Under the pieces are notes generated by a model, which ran no database searches, had not been told where the DNA came from, and saw only the letters and a list, made by a program, of their open reading frames with translations. Source: an uncultured Planctomycetia bacterium (GTDB lineage: Bacteria; Omnitrophota; Gorgyraeia; Duberdicusellales; 4484-171). From it: DNA of 64,000 nucleotides. How positions within the stretch are numbered: the first letter of the stretch is position 1; every line of letters starts with the position of its first letter. The stretch spans positions 71,020 to 135,019 of the forward strand of contig CAZWON010000001.1 in assembly GCA_964635565.1 (NCBI GenBank). Reading direction: 5' to 3'. Below, piece after piece: positions 28,700 to 37,524 of this stretch. The translations under genes and the position numbers were made by a program.

Positions 28700-30210
28700 G
28701 AGATAAAAGGAGGGAAAAAATGAGATTTATAATATTATTGATATTTATTATCTTACCTTTTAATTTATTTTGTTTTGACTATGAAATTGATAATATATAT
28801 GGAGAGTATCTTATTTCCGATATTAAACATAATATCTCTATGGATTTAGAAAAAGCTCCTTTAATGGAAGTTTTAAAGGCTCTCTCTCAGCAGAGTGGAC
28901 TTAATTTTGTTTCTACAGAAGCAGTAAAAGATAGAGAGATTACTCTTTATCTTGATAATGTTCCTTTAAAAGAGGCAATGGATATAATTTTTAAAGCCAA
29001 CGGTCTTAGTTATGACTATTTCCCTCAGGCAAAGATTTTTGTTGTTAAAGAGATAGGTAAGCCTAAAATAGAATTGAAGACAAAAGTATACACTTTAAAA
29101 TATATTAGATTAGCTTCTTCTCGGTTTCAACAGGAAGTAAATGATTTATTGAATTTAGAAGGAACAGAAGGAGAGAGTGGAGAGATTTCAAGTACTTCTA
29201 CAGAAAGTACTAGCAAAGAGAAAGATATAAAAGATGTTATAGAAAAAGTATTGACTGACAATGGCAAAGTAATAGAAGATACTTATACTAATTCTTTAGT
29301 AGTAGTAGATGTTCCTTCCCAGTTTGTTATAATTGATAAGGTAATTGAACAGTTGGATAAACCACAGCCTCGAGTAATGATTGAAGTGGAGATGTTGGAT
29401 GTTTCCAAGCGTTTAATAGACCAGTTGGGCATAAATTATGAGAATGGTTTTACTATGACTCTTACAGGAGGCAGTTTTAGTACACCGTTTCCTTTTAGGA
29501 AAGGATTTTTAGAAAATCATTCCTCTAGTGAGGTTGAATATACAGCTACTCCTTCTACTTTAAGCCTTACTTCTTTAAGTGCTATGCTTAAGTTTTTTTC
29601 TAAAGACACCTCTACACGCTTTTTGGCGAGGCCAAAAATATTAACATTGTCTAATGAGACTGCTGAAGTTAATTTATCTACCAATGCTGCCATAGGAGTA
29701 ACCACTACTACCTCTGATACTGGTACTACTCAGGAAGTAGAGCGAGCATACTTAGGCACAAAGTTAAGAGTTACTCCCCATATTAATCTTGCCACAAAAG
29801 AAATTACGATGGTAGTAGAGGTGTACAATCGAGAAGCCACAGACAGTGGTTTAAGCATTTCAGGGCTAACTACAGGGAATTTAAAAGACCCAGAGGAGAG
29901 AGGAACAAAGTCTATCGTTCGCCTTAAAGATGGGCAGACTCTTCTTATTGGTGGTCTTATTCGGCAAGATAAGACAGAGACTTTTGAAAAAGTTCCCTTT
30001 TTAGGTGATATACCGTTGTTAGGGGCAATGTTTAGATATAAAAACAAGGATAATACTGAAAGGGAACTGCTTGTATTTTTGACACCCCATATTATAGAAA
30101 ATGAAGGGGATAGCTTTGCTTTTTCTAAGTTGAATAAGTTAAGAGAGCAGAGTTTTTATTCTCGCAGAGAAGCAGTTACCGATGCTTTAGATAGTTTTTC
30201 TAAGAGGTAA
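28696..30210 (+). CDS. type IV pilus / T2SS secretin (PilQ/GspD family)
   Basis: Signal peptide. Secretin C-domain 'LIGGLIRQDKTETFEKVPFLGDIPLLGAMFRYKNK...LLVFLTPHII'. Ser/Thr-rich low-complexity linkers. Confidence 0.85.
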   Translation: MRDKRREKMRFIILLIFIILPFNLFCFDYEIDNIYGEYLISDIKHNISMDLEKAPLMEVLKALSQQSGLNFVSTEAVKDREITLYLDNVPLKEAMDIIFKANGLSYDYFPQAKIFVVKEIGKPKIELKTKVYTLKYIRLASSRFQQEVNDLLNLEGTEGESGEISSTSTESTSKEKDIKDVIEKVLTDNGKVIEDTYTNSLVVVDVPSQFVIIDKVIEQLDKPQPRVMIEVEMLDVSKRLIDQLGINYENGFTMTLTGGSFSTPFPFRKGFLENHSSSEVEYTATPSTLSLTSLSAMLKFFSKDTSTRFLARPKILTLSNETAEVNLSTNAAIGVTTTTSDTGTTQEVERAYLGTKLRVTPHINLATKEITMVVEVYNREATDSGLSISGLTTGNLKDPEERGTKSIVRLKDGQTLLIGGLIRQDKTETFEKVPFLGDIPLLGAMFRYKNKDNTERELLVFLTPHIIENEGDSFAFSKLNKLREQSFYSRREAVTDALDSFSKR

Positions 30211-30214
30211 TAGT

Positions 30215-31921
30215 ATGGCAGTTCACAGGAGGTTAGGAGAGATTCTTCTTGCAGAAGGGATGATTACCGAAGAGCAGATTGCTGAAGCAGTTTCTATTCA
30301 AAAAAAAGAAGGAGGAAGGTTAGGAGAATTATTAATTAAGTTAGGGTATATAGATGAAGAGCAGATAGTTTATGCCTTAAGTAAACAGTTGGCTATTCCC
30401 CGTATTAGTTTATCTTCAGGAAGATTAAAACCCACCGATGATGCTGAGTTAAAAAATATTATTCCTTATGATTTTGCCATAAAAAATTTAGTTTTACCTT
30501 TATCGCGCAACCTTAATGTTCTTACTATTGCTCTTTTTGATCCCCTTGATTTGATTCTTATTGATAACTTAAAAAAATTAACAGGTTATGAAATTAACCC
30601 TGTTATTAGTACGCGTTCTGATATTATAGAGGCTATTGAGAATTTTTATGGTAAAGAGAGAGCGTTTCAGCAGGCAATAAAAGATTCCTACAAAAAAACA
30701 GAGGATACTACTATTGTAGAGGATTATTCTGGTATAGAGCTTAGTTTAGATAAGCTTATTGCTAAAACTGAAGAGGCACCTGTAGTTAAATTAGTGGATT
30801 TAATCATAAGACAGGCTATAGAAGAAAATGCCTCTGACATTCATATTGAGCCTCAGCGTGATAAATTGAGTTTGAGATATAGGATTGATGGTGTACTTTA
30901 TGAGATTCCTCCTCCCTCAAAAACATTACAGTTGGCTTTAATTTCTCGAATAAAAATCCTTTCTAAAATGAATATTGCTGAGAAGCGTCTCCCTCAGGAT
31001 GGGGGGTTTATGGTTAAAATGGAAGATAGACTTATTGATTTACGAGTTTCTACTATTCCCACAATTTATGGAGAAAAAATAGTCCTTAGAATTCTTGATA
31101 GGTCACGTGTCCCTTTAGAATTAGAAAAACTTGGTTTTTTATCGCAGGAACTTAGTCTTATAAAACAGGGGATATCTTTCTCTTATGGTTTAGTTTTTCT
31201 TACAGGTCCAACAGGAAGCGGAAAATCAACTACTCTTTATGCATCTTTAAGTGAACTCAATGATAATTCTCGTAATATAATTACTATTGAGGATCCTGTG
31301 GAGTATCGTTTGGATGGGATAAATCAAGTCCAGGTTAAAGCTGAGATAGGTTTAACTTTTGGTAATGTTTTAAGAAGTTTTCTAAGGCAGGATCCTGATA
31401 TTATTCTCGTAGGAGAGGTGAGAGATTTAGAGACAGCAGAAATATGTGTAAGAGCTGCTCTTACGGGGCATCTTGTATTATCTACATTACATACTAATAA
31501 TGCCAGCGGAGCAATTGTTAGATTGGTAGATATGGGAATACCAAATTATCTTGTTGCTTCCTCTTTACGTTTAATTGTTGCCCAAAGATTGGTAAGAAAA
31601 TTATGCCCTTTTTGTAAAGAGCCTTATGAAGTGAAGCAGATAAATCTTCCTGCCAACTTCACTCTGAATACTTCCTTAATTTATAAACCCCGCGGTTGCA
31701 AAAAATGTAACTTTGTAGGTTTTAGGGGAAGGACGGTGATAGCAGAGGTTATTTTTGTAGATGAAGAGATTAGAGATGCTATATATAAAAATCTCAACCC
31801 TAAACAGATACTAGAGATTGCTAAAAAGAAAGGGACATTAAGTTTATTAGAAAGCGGGCTAAGAAGAGTGGAAGAAGGTTTAACTTCTTTAGAAGAAGTT
31901 TTATCTGTAGCTATATATTAA
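30215..31921 (+). CDS. type IV pilus assembly ATPase (PilB/GspE family) with N-terminal tandem MshEN-type motifs
   Basis: Walker A 'GPTGSGKSTT'. Asp box. His box. Tetracysteine 'CPFC...CKKC'. N-terminus has two 24-residue 'RLGE(I/L)L...G.I..EQI...(V/L)..Q' motifs separated by a 5-aa spacer. Confidence 0.9.
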   Translation: MAVHRRLGEILLAEGMITEEQIAEAVSIQKKEGGRLGELLIKLGYIDEEQIVYALSKQLAIPRISLSSGRLKPTDDAELKNIIPYDFAIKNLVLPLSRNLNVLTIALFDPLDLILIDNLKKLTGYEINPVISTRSDIIEAIENFYGKERAFQQAIKDSYKKTEDTTIVEDYSGIELSLDKLIAKTEEAPVVKLVDLIIRQAIEENASDIHIEPQRDKLSLRYRIDGVLYEIPPPSKTLQLALISRIKILSKMNIAEKRLPQDGGFMVKMEDRLIDLRVSTIPTIYGEKIVLRILDRSRVPLELEKLGFLSQELSLIKQGISFSYGLVFLTGPTGSGKSTTLYASLSELNDNSRNIITIEDPVEYRLDGINQVQVKAEIGLTFGNVLRSFLRQDPDIILVGEVRDLETAEICVRAALTGHLVLSTLHTNNASGAIVRLVDMGIPNYLVASSLRLIVAQRLVRKLCPFCKEPYEVKQINLPANFTLNTSLIYKPRGCKKCNFVGFRGRTVIAEVIFVDEEIRDAIYKNLNPKQILEIAKKKGTLSLLESGLRRVEEGLTSLEEVLSVAIY

Positions 31922-31958
31922 CTCCTGTTTAACTAATATTTTAATTAAATTTAAAAGA

Positions 31959-33191
31959 ATGGCACTATATAGGTATGTTGCCAAAACAAAAGACGGAAGG
32001 ACAATAAAGGAAGTAGCAGATGCTAGTAGCCAGAAAGAGCTTATTAATAGGCTGCGGGCGAAAAATTTATTTATCATTTCTATTATTGACTTGAGAAAAG
32101 AAGAGAAGAGAGGGGGTAAAAAATTTTCTTTTATAAAAAGAAGCAGAAGGCATGCAGGAATAAAGGCATTAGATATGTGTTACTTTGCTCGTAATCTTTC
32201 TGTTGCTCTTTCTACAGGCGTTCCTCTCTTAAAGAGCTTAGAGGTTATCAGTGTTGAAGTAGAAAGCATAGGTCTTTCTAGGATACTGGAAAAAATAAAG
32301 GAAGATATAAGGAGTGGACTTTCTTTAAGTGAGTCAATAGAGAAATATCCCCGGATTTTTTCTTCTCTATGGAAAGGAATTATAGAAGTAGGAGAGGCTT
32401 CAGGTAATCTTCCTTTTGTATTAGAAAAATTAGCAGAATATTTAGAAATGAGGATTGAATTTGAGAGGAAAATAAAAAGCGCTCTCATTTATCCTGTAAT
32501 AGTATGTAGTTTTGGTGTCATTGCTGTTACTGTGTTTTTTAAATTTGTTCTTCCTCGGTTTACTACAATTTTTAAGCAGTTTAATATTGAATTACCTTTT
32601 CTTACTAACATCCTTATAGGTATAAGCAGGTTTTTTAATGAACATTTTTTTCTTCTCGTAGGTTCTCTATTGGCCATTATCGTTATTTTTTTCCAGTTAA
32701 GAAAACTAGAGTTTGGTAGAAATTTTATTGATAGAACCAAGCTAATTCTACCTTTGATAAATGATTTTGTTATTCTTGTTAGTGTGGAAAGGTTTTCTTC
32801 TACAATGTATATTCTTCTAGAGAGCGGAGTACCTATTATTTATACATTAGAAATTATTGGAAAAAGCATTGGTAATGTAGTGTTAGAGAAAGTAATTTTT
32901 CTTATAAGAGATAATGTAAAAAAAGGAAGGAATCTTTCTGCAGAACTTGCAAGAATGGAAATTTTTCCCTCTTTGGTTTCGGCAATAGCAAAAATAGGAG
33001 AAGAGACAGGTAATATGCCTGAGGTATTTAAGAGATTGTCTGGGCACTATCGCCAGGAATTAAACACAAAGATGGAGCGGATTATTGCTCTTTTTGAGCC
33101 GTTGATAATTGTTCTTTTAGGAATAATAATTGGGACAGTTGTTATAGCTCTTTTTCTTCCTATCTTTAAATTATCCACATTAGGTAGTTAA
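31959..33191 (+). CDS. type IV pilus / T2SS inner-membrane platform protein (PilC/GspF family)
   Basis: Duplicated GspF domain with 'LSESIEKYPRIF' and 'LARMEIFP' regions. 3 TM blocks. ~410 aa. Confidence 0.85.
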   Translation: MALYRYVAKTKDGRTIKEVADASSQKELINRLRAKNLFIISIIDLRKEEKRGGKKFSFIKRSRRHAGIKALDMCYFARNLSVALSTGVPLLKSLEVISVEVESIGLSRILEKIKEDIRSGLSLSESIEKYPRIFSSLWKGIIEVGEASGNLPFVLEKLAEYLEMRIEFERKIKSALIYPVIVCSFGVIAVTVFFKFVLPRFTTIFKQFNIELPFLTNILIGISRFFNEHFFLLVGSLLAIIVIFFQLRKLEFGRNFIDRTKLILPLINDFVILVSVERFSSTMYILLESGVPIIYTLEIIGKSIGNVVLEKVIFLIRDNVKKGRNLSAELARMEIFPSLVSAIAKIGEETGNMPEVFKRLSGHYRQELNTKMERIIALFEPLIIVLLGIIIGTVVIALFLPIFKLSTLGS

Positions 33192-33280
33192 AAATCATCT
33201 TACTTATTTTCATATTTCCTATTTTAAAATATAATAAATAAAATATAATATAAATATAGAAGGATAAGAGCAAATGTGGA

Positions 33281-35116
33281 ATGAAATATGATGTGATTGT
33301 TGTAGGGGCTGGTCATGCAGGGATTGAGGCTAGTTTTTCCGCAGCAAAACTAGGCGCAAAAGTCCTTTTAACTACTTTAGACATAGACGCTATAGGTAAA
33401 CTTTCTTGTAATCCTGCTGTGGGAGGGGTTTCCAAAGGTCATCTGGTAAGAGAAGTAGATGCCCTGGGAGGTCTTATAGGAAAGATAACCGATAGTTGTG
33501 CTATTAGCTATAGAAGGTTAAATAAAAGTAAAGGTAAGGCAGTGTGGGCTACACGGGCTCAAGTAGATAGATTTGTTTATCCTCGTATAGCTAGAAATTA
33601 TTTAGAAAAAAAAGAAAATATTCATATTTTAGAATGTCAAATAGACCATATAATAACTAAGAATAAAAAAGTTTATGGCGTGGAAACAAACTTTGGCGAA
33701 GTTTTTTTAGGAAAAAAGATTATTATTTGCGCAGGAACCTTTCTTAGAGGTATCATTCATATAGGAATGAAAAGTTTTCCCGGAGGAAGATTAGATGAGC
33801 CTTCAAGTGATATGTTATTCACTTCCATTTGTAAGTTGGGATTTAGGACAAAACACTTTAAAACAGGTACCTGTGCACGTTTAGATAAAAGAACAATAGA
33901 TTTTTCAAAGATGATTGAACAGCTTCCTGATGAGGACGTTGAGACCTTTTCTTTATCCAATAATAAAATTAATTCCTCTCAGTTAAGTTGTTATGTAACA
34001 TATACCAATCCTAAAACACATAGAGTTATTATGCGCAATTTAAAATATTCCCCTCTTTATACAGGGAAAATAAAATCTTGCGGCGTTAGATATTGTCCTT
34101 CTTTAGAGGATAAGGTAGTTAAGTTTTCTGACAAAGATAGGCATCAGGTATTTATTGAGCCAGAAGGTAGAGAATCATTAGAGGTTTATCCCAACGGCAT
34201 TTCTACCTCTCTTCCTTTAGGGGTTCAGTATAAATTTATTCATACTATAGAGGGGTTAGAAGAGGCACGGATTGTACGACCTGGATATGGTATTGAACAT
34301 GGATTAATTGATCCGTGCCAGCTTTATCCTACTTTGGAATCTAAACTTATTGAAGGATTGTATTTTGCTGGCCAGGTAAATGGTACCACAGGGTATGAGG
34401 AGGCGGCAGCGCAAGGGATTATTGCAGGGATAAATGTTGGTTTAAGCTTGCAGAAGAAGAAACCGTTTATTGTTACCAGACATATGGGTTTTATTGGTGT
34501 TTTAATTGATGACCTTGTTACTAAAGGAGTTGATGAACCTTATCGGATGTTTACTTCTCGTTCTGAGTTAAGATTATCCCTGCGAGAATCCAATGCTGAT
34601 TTGCGTTTAGGAAAGTATGCTTACGGTATGGGATTAATAGACAGAAAGGATTATGAAATGATAATTAGAAAACATCAATTGATAGATAAAGAGATAAAAA
34701 AGTTAAAATCAACAAAAATTTTTTTTAAAGGAACAAAAAGGACTATCTATGAAATTCTTAAGATGCCCCAGACTTCTTATGATGATTTCAAAAAATACAT
34801 TGGTTCTGATTTAGATGATAGTTTAGCTAAAAGAGAAGTGGAAATCATAATAAAATACGAAGGGTTTATTAAAAGAGAAGAGCAGAGTTTAAAATTTTTT
34901 GATAATTTCAAGAAAATCAAAATACCTTCTAATATTAATTTTAATTATATTCCATCTTTATCTTGCGAGATTAGAGAAAAATTGTCAAAATTTAGACCTG
35001 AAAGTTTAGAGGAGGCTTTAAGAATTAGCGGAGTAACGCCAGCAGCAGTCCTGCACATTTTGAATTATATTAACCGAAGAAGAAAGGAGGACGATGGATC
35101 TAAAAGTGTTTCTTAA
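33281..35116 (+). CDS. mnmG: tRNA uridine 5-carboxymethylaminomethyl modification enzyme MnmG (GidA)
   Basis: FAD-binding 'YDVIVVGAGHAGIEA'. 'GPRYCPSIE'-type 'CGVRYCPSLEDK'. 611 aa. Confidence 0.9.
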   Translation: MKYDVIVVGAGHAGIEASFSAAKLGAKVLLTTLDIDAIGKLSCNPAVGGVSKGHLVREVDALGGLIGKITDSCAISYRRLNKSKGKAVWATRAQVDRFVYPRIARNYLEKKENIHILECQIDHIITKNKKVYGVETNFGEVFLGKKIIICAGTFLRGIIHIGMKSFPGGRLDEPSSDMLFTSICKLGFRTKHFKTGTCARLDKRTIDFSKMIEQLPDEDVETFSLSNNKINSSQLSCYVTYTNPKTHRVIMRNLKYSPLYTGKIKSCGVRYCPSLEDKVVKFSDKDRHQVFIEPEGRESLEVYPNGISTSLPLGVQYKFIHTIEGLEEARIVRPGYGIEHGLIDPCQLYPTLESKLIEGLYFAGQVNGTTGYEEAAAQGIIAGINVGLSLQKKKPFIVTRHMGFIGVLIDDLVTKGVDEPYRMFTSRSELRLSLRESNADLRLGKYAYGMGLIDRKDYEMIIRKHQLIDKEIKKLKSTKIFFKGTKRTIYEILKMPQTSYDDFKKYIGSDLDDSLAKREVEIIIKYEGFIKREEQSLKFFDNFKKIKIPSNINFNYIPSLSCEIREKLSKFRPESLEEALRISGVTPAAVLHILNYINRRRKEDDGSKSVS

Positions 35117-35366
35117 TACTTTTATGGTAATATTTATTGCGGAGATATTTGATAAAACAGAATTAGCAATTTTCTCTTTTTCATTAAGAAATCAAGGAAG
35201 ATTTTCTATCTTCTTAGGTGCAATGATAGCTTTTCTAATCTCTACTATTTTAGCATTAGTTTTAGGAAGTTTTATAAGTCACATCATTAGCGCTAAGTTT
35301 ATTCGCTATATAAGTTCTGGCATATTCTTGATTACAAGTATACTTATTTTTATAGGTAAGATTTAA
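35094..35366 (+). CDS. UPF0016 (GDT1/TMEM165/MneA) family single-repeat membrane protein, putative Mn2+/Ca2+:H+ transporter subunit
   Basis: 'FIAEIFDKTELAI' matches the family's E-x-G-D-(K/R)-(T/S) signature, with a G->F variant. ~90 aa with 3 TM. Overlaps the mnmG 3' end by 23 nt, so the true start may be the internal Met at ~35124. Confidence 0.5.
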   Translation: MDLKVFLNTFMVIFIAEIFDKTELAIFSFSLRNQGRFSIFLGAMIAFLISTILALVLGSFISHIISAKFIRYISSGIFLITSILIFIGKI

Positions 35367-35437
35367 CACTCAGCTTTCTGTATAGCTTAAAATTTTATCT
35401 TGTTTTGTGATATAAAAATCTTTCCTTATAAAATTTT

Positions 35438-36523
35438 CTAAATGATATTAAGATATTTTCCAATATAATTGGAGAATTTATCGGTTGCTCCATAAGGCGT
35501 TAATATCTCTTTTACTTCTCTAAGTTTTCTCTGTATGAGGGTATATTTATCCTTATTATTTATATACTCAAGGGTTACTTCTGCTATTTTTTGAGGATTA
35601 ATATCTTTTTGCAGAAGTTCTTCTACTATTCTATGAGAGGATAATATATTTACCATCCCTATATATTTTGTTTTGACCATTTTCTTTAGGAGATACCAGC
35701 TTAAAGGATTTATTTTATAGATTATTAAATGAGGGATTTCTAATATAGCCATTTCAATAGTTGCTGTTCCTGAAGAGGCAATTATAAACTTTGATTCTCC
35801 TAATGCCTTGTAAGAATGAGGGATTAAAGAAAGGCCACGAGCATATTTTTTATAATAATTATCTTCAATATTTTCTGATTTTATTATTCTAAAAAGATAA
35901 TCATTAAGTTTTTCTTTTAGAATTTTGTAGGTTTTATTTAAAATAGGAAGATGATGTTTTATTTCGTTTTTACGTGAGCCGGGAAGGAAAGAAATAATAT
36001 TTTTTCTTTTATACTCACTGGCAGGACTAATTATTTCTAAGAGAGGATGCCCAAAATATAGCGTTTTGATTCCTTTTTTAATATAGAAATCTTGCTCAAA
36101 CTTAAAGATAACTACCATTTTATCTATATATTTTCTAATAATTTCTATTCTTTTTTCTCTCCATGCCCATACTTGAGGGCTTACATAATAGAAGATAGGA
36201 TAATTTTTATTAAGTTTCTTTGCCAATCTTAGATTGAAATCAGGAAAATCAATAAGAATTATTAAGTCAGGTTTAATATCGTCAATATACCAGAGGGCTT
36301 TCTGGAATATGTTTATAAATTTATTTAGTTTTATTAAAGCTTCATATATACCCGAGACAGAATAAGATGTAAGATTTATGAGTTGATGAGAATATTGACG
36401 AAGAGCATTTCCTCCTAAGGAATAAATCTTAAGGGAAGAAAATTTGTTTTTTAATTTTTCGCTTAATAGTGCTCCATAGATATCACCTGATTTATCTCCT
36501 GCAACAATAATTATTTTCTTCAT
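35438..36523 (-). CDS. lpxB: lipid-A-disaccharide synthase
   Basis: N-terminus 'KIIIVAGDKSGDIYGA' matches the LpxB 'AGE.SGD..GA' motif. GT19-size protein of 361 aa. Confidence 0.85.
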   Translation of the reverse strand: MKKIIIVAGDKSGDIYGALLSEKLKNKFSSLKIYSLGGNALRQYSHQLINLTSYSVSGIYEALIKLNKFINIFQKALWYIDDIKPDLIILIDFPDFNLRLAKKLNKNYPIFYYVSPQVWAWREKRIEIIRKYIDKMVVIFKFEQDFYIKKGIKTLYFGHPLLEIISPASEYKRKNIISFLPGSRKNEIKHHLPILNKTYKILKEKLNDYLFRIIKSENIEDNYYKKYARGLSLIPHSYKALGESKFIIASSGTATIEMAILEIPHLIIYKINPLSWYLLKKMVKTKYIGMVNILSSHRIVEELLQKDINPQKIAEVTLEYINNKDKYTLIQRKLREVKEILTPYGATDKFSNYIGKYLNII

Positions 36524-36529
36524 TTGACT

Positions 36530-37426
36530 TTATGTTATTGCTTTTTGAATATTCAATGATACCAAGAGAGCATCTTTTGCTTTCTTTGCATAGAGAGTAG
36601 AGAAGTGTTTCTTTTTAACTAACTCTATAAATTCATGAATTTCTTTTTTTAATGGTTCTTCTCTGTTAATACGAAGAGTAGAAGCAATAATTTTTTCTCT
36701 AATCTTTTTATATACTTCTACCTTTTGCTGGGCATAGTCTAAGGAAATGTAACAATTTTTCATAAATATTCTTATTTTTCTTTCTTTCTTCTGAGATATG
36801 CGAGAAGAAGTTATGTTAGCAACACATCCTTTCTTAAAAGTAATACGAGCATTAGCAATATCTTCTGTAGAAGAAAGAACCTTTACGCCTTTTGCTTCTA
36901 TTTTTTTTACTTTATCTTTAACAAGGTCAAGAATAATATCAACATCATGAATCATCAAATCCAGCACTACACTTATATCTAAAGACCGATGAGGATAGGG
37001 GTTCAAACGGTGGCATTCGATAAATTTTGGCTCTTTTACCATTTTTTTAACCGCTAAGTATGCATTATTGTATCTTTCTACATGTCCTACAAAAAGAAGT
37101 GTTTTGTACTGTTGAGAAAGGAAAATAAGTTTTGATGCTTCTTTTACGGTATTAGTTAGTGGTTTCTCCACAAGAACAGGAATTCTATATTTTAAAAAGA
37201 AAGAGGCGATTTCATAATGGAAAAGAGTGGGGGTAGCAATACTTACTAAATTGACTTTACCTAAGAGATTTCTGTAGTTAACAAGAAATTCTTCTTTAAA
37301 TTCTCTTTTTCTTGCAGGATTTGTATCTACAAGGTATATTTTTTCTATCTCTTTAATTTGGTTATAGATACGATAATGAATTCTTCCTATATTTCCTATA
37401 CCAATAATTCCTACATTTAGCTTCAC
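36530..37426 (-). CDS. Gfo/Idh/MocA family NAD(P)-dependent oxidoreductase
   Basis: N-terminal Rossmann 'LNVGIIGIGNIGRIH' and the 'EKP' motif 'VLVEKPL'. It is in an operon with lpxB on the minus strand. Confidence 0.75.
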   Translation of the reverse strand: MKLNVGIIGIGNIGRIHYRIYNQIKEIEKIYLVDTNPARKREFKEEFLVNYRNLLGKVNLVSIATPTLFHYEIASFFLKYRIPVLVEKPLTNTVKEASKLIFLSQQYKTLLFVGHVERYNNAYLAVKKMVKEPKFIECHRLNPYPHRSLDISVVLDLMIHDVDIILDLVKDKVKKIEAKGVKVLSSTEDIANARITFKKGCVANITSSRISQKKERKIRIFMKNCYISLDYAQQKVEVYKKIREKIIASTLRINREEPLKKEIHEFIELVKKKHFSTLYAKKAKDALLVSLNIQKAIT

Positions 37427-37524
37427 ACAACAATATTATCAAATACCTTGTTAAAAGTCAATCAATGTGGTAAAATCCTCACTATCTATTATCATCTATT
37501 AGGTAAAATTTATAGAGGCAAGTT

